Shown here piece after piece: positions 25,801 through 34,800 of a stretch of 64,000 bases of DNA. Within the stretch, counting starts at the first letter, position 1. Every line of letters starts with the position of its first letter. This DNA is from Laetmonice hystrix (Eukaryota). The stretch spans positions 27,590,001 through 27,654,000 of the forward strand of contig OZ249437.1 of assembly GCA_965235115.1 (NCBI GenBank), given 5' to 3'. The notes under the pieces are model-generated. The model was not told the DNA's origin and did no database searches. It saw nothing but the letters and a program-made list of their open reading frames with translations. The position numbers and the translations under genes were made by a program.

Positions 25801-28800
25801 CATCAATAATTGGGACATTGCTTGTTTTGCATAGTCCGGAAATAATTGAAAATAAAAAGCAAGCAAATATAGGAAAGTTGGCATCAGTTCCCCGAAGACA
25901 ACTACCGCTCATCAAAAGGCGGTGATGACCTGAGGACAAAGGGGTGACCAGCCTGTTGTCACACTCTTCACATGATGTGTGATGCGTGAAATTATGACTC
26001 ATTTTGTCGAGGTTGCTGATATGTGAAATCCTTAAATTACCGGTCATGGATCGCCAGGTCCGTGTGTCACAGTGCTAGTAGTCATCGTGTACCGGTACGT
26101 ACATGTAGGACTAGGTGTTGATTTAGATCAGTCGCCTGGGAGACCGCGGGAGCTGGCTGTCGGTCGGAAAGGTTGAAATGCGTGGATAGGGTCCTAGCGG
26201 GGGTACTCTGGGGTTATCCATGTGGAAGGACGTGCGAGGAGAGGTAATCATTCGCTTTCATTATGTAAGTATCGGGGTACTCTGGGGTTATCCATGTGGA
26301 AGGACGTGCGAGAAAAGGTAATCTTTGGCTTTCATTTATGTAAGTTTCATTAAGTAAGTAGTTCTGGAGGGGGTGGGCCCATTGGTCCTAAAGCCCATTG
26401 TGTTGGTCCGACAGCCCGTTGGTCCGACACCCTATGGGTAAGGGTTAGGTTTGGGTTAGTTATATTTTCCCATTGGTCCGACAGCCAAAATGGGCGTCGG
26501 ACTATTGGGCTCTTGGATTGTTGGTATCGGTGGACTCACCAGGGTGCCGTCTGTGGTGTTGGTCGGAATATCTTGGACTGTAGTTTACCTGTACCCATAT
26601 TATATTGGTGGCGTACCACGTTCAGTCATCACTTTGATGACCAATGCGTGAAGGATTGTATACATACCTGTAGTAGGCTTTTAGAGTACCTTGCCGTGAA
26701 GCGACACGCAGGCCTACATGGTTTCCGTGAAGATGTTTTAACCACATAATACCGATCGGTTCGGGTTGTGAGGGGTCTGAACAATCAGGATTTCTCAATA
26801 CTTCCAGTCCGTCGGCCTTGATTTTAACGAACAAAACACAGTATGAAATGACATTTTGTGGGGAGGGGGCAAAGGTTTGATACCTTGGAACTGAGCTGTG
26901 AGCTCGCTGAGCGTCCTTTTGTCTTACGTCACGCCACAGAGTGTGCTCCTCTCGTCCAATCACAACGGGTGCCCATTTTGTCGGGTTTTCAGGAGTTTGA
27001 TTCAGATTTATACATATCATATGGGCCATGAAAAATTGGCTCACTAAAGATATGAAAACTAAAACTTGAAACCGTCGACTTTTGCAGGTGAACCACGAGG
27101 ACCTGCGTGAGGCGACCCACGACCGTGCCATCCAGGTATTACGGCAAACACCACCTGTCGTTACCATGGTCGTGTACCGTGACGAGACTCAGCTCAAGGA
27201 TGAGGAGCTCTACGACAGCTTCACCGTGGAGCTCATGAAGAAACCAGGCAAGGGACTTGGCATCAGCATCGTCGGCAAGCGTAACGGCAACGGCGTCTTC
27301 ATCTCAGACATTGTAAGTCACACGCCTTGGCTGTTTGTCGATGGTTTGATAATAATATAATGTGTTAGAGGTGAAGGTAGGGGTAGCTGAGGCAGACGGG
27401 AGGTTGATGATGTGGTGATGATGTGTTAGAGGTGGTGATGGTGATGGTGTGATGATGTGTTGGAGGTGAAGGGAGGGGTAGCTGAGGGAGACGGGAGGTT
27501 GATGATGTGATGATGATGTGATGATGATGTGATGATGATGTGTTAGAGGTGAAGGGAGGGGTAGCTAAGGGAGACGGGAGGTTGATGATGTGATGATGAT
27601 GTGTTAGAGGTGAAGGGAGGGGTAGCTGAGGGAGACGGGAGGTTGATGATGTGATGATGATGTGATGATGATGTGTTAGAGGTGAAGGGAGGGGTAGCTG
27701 AGGGAGACGGGAGGTTGATGATGGTGTGATGATGTGTTGGAGGTGAAGGGAGGGGTAGCTGAGGGAGACGGGAGGTTGATGATGTGATGATGATGTGATG
27801 ATGATGTGTTAGAGGTGAAGGGAGGGGTAGCTGAGGGAGACGGGAGGTTGATGATGTGATGATGATGTGTTAGAGGTTAAGGGAGGGGTAGCTGAGGGAG
27901 ACGGGAGGTTGATGATGTGATGATGATGTGATGATGATGATGTGTTAGAGGTGAAGGGAGGGGTAGCTGAGGGAGACGGGAGGTTGATGATGGTGTGATG
28001 ATGTGTTGGAGGTGAAGGGAGGGGTAGCTGAGGGAGACGGGAGGTTGATGATGTGATGATGATGTGATGATGATGTGATGATGATGTGTTAGAGGTGAAG
28101 GGAGGGGTAGCTGAGGGAGACGGGAGGTTGATGATGTGATGATGATGTGTTAGAGGTGAAGGGAGGGGTAGCTGAGGGAGACGGGAGGTTGATGATGTGA
28201 TGATGATGTGTTACAGGTGAAGGGAGGGGTAGCTGAGGGAGACGGGAGGTTGATGATGTGATGATGATGTGTTACAGGTGAAGGGAGGGGTAGCTGAGGC
28301 AGACGGGAGGTTGATGATGTGATGATGATGTGATTATGATGATGTGATGATGATGATATGATTATGATGATGTGATGATGATGTGATGATGGTGTGTTAC
28401 AGGTGTGTTACAGGTGAAGGGAGGGGTAGCTGAGGGAGACGGGAGGTTGATGATGTGATGATGATATGATTATGATGATGTGATGATGATGTGATGATGA
28501 TGTGTTACAGGTGAAGGGAGGGGTAGCCGAGGCAGACGGGAGGTTGATGATGTGATGATGATGTGGTGATGATGTGATTATGATGATGTGATGATGCTGT
28601 GTTACAGGTGAAGGGAGGGGTAGCCGAGGCAGACGGGAGGTTGATGATGTGATGATGATGTGGTGATGATGTGATTATGATGATGTGATGATGGTGTGTT
28701 ACAGGTGAAGGGAGGGGTAGCCGAGGCAGACGGGAGGTTGATGATGTGGTGATGATGTGTTAGAGGTGAAGGGAGGGGTAGCTGAGGGAGACGGGAGGTT

Positions 28801-31800
28801 GATGATGTGGTGATGTGATGATGATGTGATGATGGTGTGTTACAGGTGAAGGGAGGGGTAGCCGAGGCAGACGGGAGGTTGATGATGTGGTGATGTGATG
28901 ATGATGTGATGATGGTGTGTTACAGGTGAAGGGAGGGGTAGCCGAGGCAGACGGGAGGTTGATGCAGGGGGACCAGATATTGACTGTTAATGGAGAAGAC
29001 ATGCGTCACGTGACTCAAGAACACGCCGCTGCCGTCCTCAAGGTCAGTTCACCATTTTGAAGTGTCATATTCCTGCACAGGTCGGGATGCTAAGGAGAGA
29101 AGTGCATTCATATCGGGCCAGTAATGGAAATGTGGGGAAAAGGACATGTTGAGCTATAGCCGCTAGGCCTCAATGTTAATAAAATCTTCATGTATGTTAG
29201 AGCATTAAAACTAAACGAGCAATTACATGTATCATGAGAAACAACTTCCAGTTTATAAATGATCCTTTGTCTTCTCTCTTTGCAGACATTAATGGGCAAA
29301 GTGTCTTTGACATTAGGCCGCCTCAAAGGTTCCAGGTCATCATCACGGCGAAGTTCGGCAAGTTCTCATGGGGGTTTGAAGAAATCAGAATCAGGCGAGA
29401 GAAAAAGGGGAAAACATTCGAAAAGTGAGTACACGTCAACCGTCATGTTCATGAAAAAATGCAGCTGACCATGATAGTTTAAAAGGAACTGCCCGACTCT
29501 ATGTTAAATAAGGCGACAGTGTGTTGTACAGAATTACAGAGCGAGAAGTGCTTTAAAAAAAGTATTCTTAGAACTATTCCACATCTTTGATATTGTGTGA
29601 TGTCCATTTGGTATCAAAACAACATGTATTATTTACATTATGTCTATATTGCGGTAGAATGAATGTGTTGGTGTTTATAAAGGCAGTCGCCATGGTAACG
29701 GCTATCTTTGTCTCTCTACCCCGGCAACAGGCAGCGATGATGAGGGTAAAACTGTTATTAAAAACATCCGTGTTGTGTTCTCACTAATCTGGGTTCTATT
29801 GCCAAACTTTTCTTAGCCTCCTGCCACGCTCTTCTATTCCAGTCTTTGAGTGCCTTTTTTTGTCTTCTGTAGAATCCATTCTCAAATAGGAAGACGTTGA
29901 AACTTGTTACCCCAACGCATTTTAATTGTCGTCAAACTAAGGTCAAGACCTCGGCTACTTGGCCGTTTACAGCATCGTTTACGGCTGTCTTTGACTCGAG
30001 TGTATACTTTAGCACTGAAACGTTGTTAAGATTTATACTTTTGAAAATTTCCGAGTAGAAAGTTTAGACAATTTTGAAGTGCTCCTATGCGTTCAGGTGT
30101 TATCATTATTATGTTACCGGTAATTTGCACTCTGTGAAAACGATTTTTCTCTGACATTGAACTATAAACGACCTCTAAAAATATTTCGGCCTGGAATTAC
30201 CTCTGACAGGTCCTTTAAAATGCAGGTTTGCTTTGCTTCGTGTAGACAAATTAACAATTTTTCTTTAGAATCCAATTTTATGGTTAAATCTAAATTTGTT
30301 CAGCGTATAAGTCTGGACCTGGGGGAAAAAGACACATGCAACATGTTCAGTCCCAGTGCACCCATAAGATACACACACACAAACCCTACACACCTGTGAT
30401 GTCAAGATTCCATGACCACCAGCACAAAGTTCTCTCACCAATCGGCACCAGCTCAACTTAGCTCTCGAGACTAATACTGATCTGAACAGTATAGGATATA
30501 CAGCGCACCAAGCCTCTCGAAAAGAATGCACGCACATGATAGTAATACCCACTATTGTTAGGCACTAAGGCAGATCATCACGAATATTGCTGTTTCAAGT
30601 GAGCAGACCCTTTTGAAGCTATAGGAGATCATGTTGTCAAACAGCATTAAGACATGTAATATCATGTACTTATGCAGCTCTATTCATAAATCTGGTGGCT
30701 AAGTTTGATTTGTGATTTTTAGGTTTATTCCTGGGCGATACTCTACCTTTCGTTCAACTTTCTTTAACAAAATGTTCGATATTGTAGGACCTAAGAATTG
30801 ACTGTGAACATTCCGACACGAACTCGCTTTCACCAGTGGATTCTGATTCCTAATCAGATTGAAAGGCTTAGGCTTAAATTTCTTTTGCATGATTCCCCCG
30901 GACACATTAAGAACCTGTCAAATCATGAGCCTGTCGATAAAATGAAAGAAATTGGGTCGCAACCATTCCTACGAGTATGAATTTCGTCAGAATGATGATC
31001 GAAACCATGATCATAAAGTCCATCCGACATCTCCAGTTAGATAAATGTATATTTACAGGTACTACAGCACTGTGTATGACAAGCCGAAGTGGTTGTTTCG
31101 TGAATTTACTCCAAATGTTGTGCCTTGCATTGGTGGCCAGTGGTTGCCTAGGTGACCAGGTCCAGTCGTGATGCAGTGTGTGCGGGTTTCTTACATCCAG
31201 ACTGTAACCCTCTCTGAAACTAGAGATTTTCTCTCAGCTCTGGTAACCACTGCAATCTTCTTCGGCCAATTCCGTCAGAAATCAGGCATCTTGTGACATA
31301 CGTCTTACCAATATAATAAATGTGGTTTATCTGGTGTGCAGTCACAGGGCTGATACATAGCACAAGTCTGTTTTATTTGTGTGGTAAGTGGCTTTTCTAA
31401 ACACAACAAAGGCTCACAACAAAATCCTGGACAAGATCCTCAGTCAGACCGACAGAGGACTGTTTGCTCCTGTATCTACGTAAAAGTAATATTTGCAAGC
31501 GTTGGAAAATGACCGAAATGGCCGAAGGAGTTCGAGTGATCTGGTAACAAGTACATATCTCGCTAAGTGATTTCATTCCTTCCTAACATTTATACGTGCT
31601 GGAATGCTCTCTTCTTCCCCGTTGTCATTCAATTCAGGAATGGACACATTTAGATGTAATGCATCCGTGCATGTCGGAATCAAGCAATCAAGGACGATGC
31701 ATGACGGAACATTGGGAGGTGTGGGGTTATTTTCAGTAAGCCATGCGAGTGAAACCAAAGGAATATGATATGAAGAGTAGGTCGTGTTGTACACATGCAG

Positions 31801-34800
31801 AAATAGTCCCAGTTTACCGTCCAAGACACGATGTATGAAAATATATAAACCAGATTATGTTTCAAAATTTTGTGTGTATTCCTTTAGTTAATGTATATTC
31901 TTCTTGATACATTGTGTTTGGCTAGCTAGTATAATATTAACTGTAGCCTTGAAAAGATAAACAATTTGTATGGAGGATATCTTTCTAGATATGGTAATGA
32001 TACACTTGTGAAAGTGAAAAGAATTACTGATAGGAAGATTATAAATACCTTACCAGGGCCCGTTTTTTTAGTTGAGGTCGAGTCAAAGTGGAGATGAAAA
32101 ATTCGTCTCAAGCTCACGGCCCTATGAGTCGACTCATAGGGCCCTGAGCTTGAGACGAATTTTTTGTCTCCACTTTGACTCGAGCTCAACTCAAACACCG
32201 GGCCCCGGAGTCTGTCACCTGAAGGGTCTCCTACATGTGCCTGCCGTCAGATGTTGGTGTATGTGTTTATAGGATGATATAATAAAGTAGATGGCACTGT
32301 GTCGGTCATGTCTCTCTACCCTCTCTGTCTCTCTCTTATTTAGAGAAACCAGAGATACCTCTTGATATATGTATATACAGTGATTCGTATAAAGGACCTG
32401 TTAGTTTCGACGAGTACTTCATCTGATCTGTTGTGACTTGATGAATAACTTATATACTTTCTTGTCTTTTTCACAGGTCTGCCATCCTCCAAAAGCTACT
32501 AATACTTGGTTAATTTTTAGTTGCTTTATTAGACAGTATTTAGTTAACACTAGTTCTGATTGTCAAATTTGGCCTGGAGGGAATCGGTTCACGTGTTTAA
32601 AACCCGACGTCCAGACACTATTTTTTGTTAGCTGTTAATACACACACAACCATTCCAACACAAGGGTTGGGAGGGGGCGGGGGGAGGTATGTTACTTTGA
32701 ACACCAAGCAGCCAAAGTTAGCCAAGTTAGTGAGCTTACGGAATCTAGACCTTGTGGAAGGTTAGCACCGATCTCATCAATATACTGTGCCTAGTTGATA
32801 TTGTCCTCTTGTCTTCTTGTTTTTCTTTCTCAGTTCCAGTGCTTCATATTGTTAATGCTGCGTGCTGTGTTGTCACTATTTTTGATTTGCATGAATATTT
32901 CAGTTTGGGCTTTGGTGCCTTTGCACATGTGCGAAGGGAGTTAGATTGTGTTCGGTTAATTTCGGGTACCTTATGAGTTGAACAGTCACATGTGCATAGA
33001 TCACCTCAGCGGCGTATTAGATGTATCCACTTTCAAGTGTTTGCCCCTCAGTGCCTATTTGTGTGTGCATGTACTGTGTTCTACGAAAACCTGTCACTCA
33101 ATTTGGTTAAAATAGATTAAAGGTGCTACGATATCCCTTCAGTTAAATAGTGCCAAAACCTTCAGTAGATGATTGTGATGTCTGGGCGGCCTTTTCAGAC
33201 AAGGCATGTGGTTATTTAAGATGTTAGCTTTAAACTGTAATTTAAAGCATTCCTTCTTTCTTACGGCCTTAAGGTCTGAAAACTCTTCATGCTTCACCTA
33301 CCTTAAAATTCGATAGACACGGACGATCTTTCCTGACATGTTGGAAGCTGTCGGCAATGTTAACAAAATCAAACTGTTAGAATGAACAGCATGAACATGC
33401 TCTTTATTTTTCAAAGTTAAAATATCAAGAAATGTTTTTTAAAAAATTTAGATACCAGTATACTGGGCCTGTGCAGTTGTGCACTCATGGTGTTTGTTTT
33501 GAAGTAATATGAAAGACGTGTTTTATATGAAATAACACCTGGATCTCCGCCCTTGTACATGTTTTATATAAAATAATACCTGGATCTCCGCCCCTGTTTT
33601 ATTAAGATCCTCTAAACGTTAGAATCATAAAGGACATCACATTTTCTGGTAGTACAGTATCTGCCCGACGTCATTATGAGTAAGATCTCTTGTACCAATC
33701 AAGAGTGACCCCATTACATAATAGTTGGTGACTTGTCCAGTCTTTCTGTGCTCAGTGTGAGCAGTTTGCATGAATTTGAAATGTTTCTTTACATGGCATG
33801 AGTATTGTTCGTGAAATGTTGCTAAAACAACACAACAGGTTAAGATATCGACTCGATATTAAGAAGTTCGGGTGGTTGGGTTGGAGGGAATATTAGCTGT
33901 TATAGATAGTTTGGAAAATGATTATAAGAAAGGTGAAAGGTAATATGGATTACTCGAGATATATGCTTTCATAAATTAGAAAAGAAACAGTCTAAAACAA
34001 CTGAATAGAAATCGCTGAAAAGCGAGGACGATGCAGCTCAGTCAATATCTGTCAGACTCGTAGTTTGAAGCATACATTGGGCAGTTAAACATCGGGAAGA
34101 ATGAATAGATTATGTTCTCACTTTGTAGTTTGGACTTTAGTACTCTGTAGTTTGACACAATCAGACTATTTTACTATCAAATCTACACTGCTATCGACCT
34201 TTGTATGGGCTATCATCAGATTGGCTGTCTACTTCGTTTAGTTGAGTGTCATCAGTTCGAGTTGGTTCTACTTGTAGCGCTCAGTCAAGAAAGTGGCCGT
34301 GAGATTCGATTGGTGGAGCTTCATCGTGACGTCACCAACTCGCTTGGCCTCAGTATTGCCGGTGGCCTGGAGAGCCCGCTAGGTGACACCCCAATCGTCA
34401 TTGCCCATATGCATCCGGATGGACCAGCTGCCAAGTCCAACAGTCTCAGGGTATGTTATTCTGCGAAAAAAACGGGCCAAGAGGTAAAGTTGGGGTTGGG
34501 GACAGCATCCAACGGGGATGGAAAAACTATTAGGAAAAATAATAACAATGTAGTACATTAAATTGTATAATAAGGTGAAAATAAAGCATACTACTTAATG
34601 TCCTTTAATTCTGATGTTGCTTATGCTGTGTGGCAGGTGGGCGATCATATCCTGGGTATAAATGGAGACAGTACAGAAGGTCTGACCCACATCGAGGCAG
34701 TCAATATGTTGAAGACGGCCAGCAGTCCAATCTATCTACAGGTGATCCAAGGTGAGCATACACATCTACTTACATGTGACTCATTCAGGCCACTTAGACC

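Noticed and set aside
27361-28964. CRISPR-like look (constant repeat with variable spacers)
   Set aside because: Spacers are GAT/GATGT microsatellite, the repeat is MPDZ exon sequence, the context is a eukaryotic intron, and there are no cas genes.
32477-32502. Strong acceptor followed by a short frame and stop (LPSSKSY*), and a similar case at 35883-35905 (SDTLPA*), as alternative terminal exons
   Set aside because: Acceptor-like sites alone are common; no further evidence.
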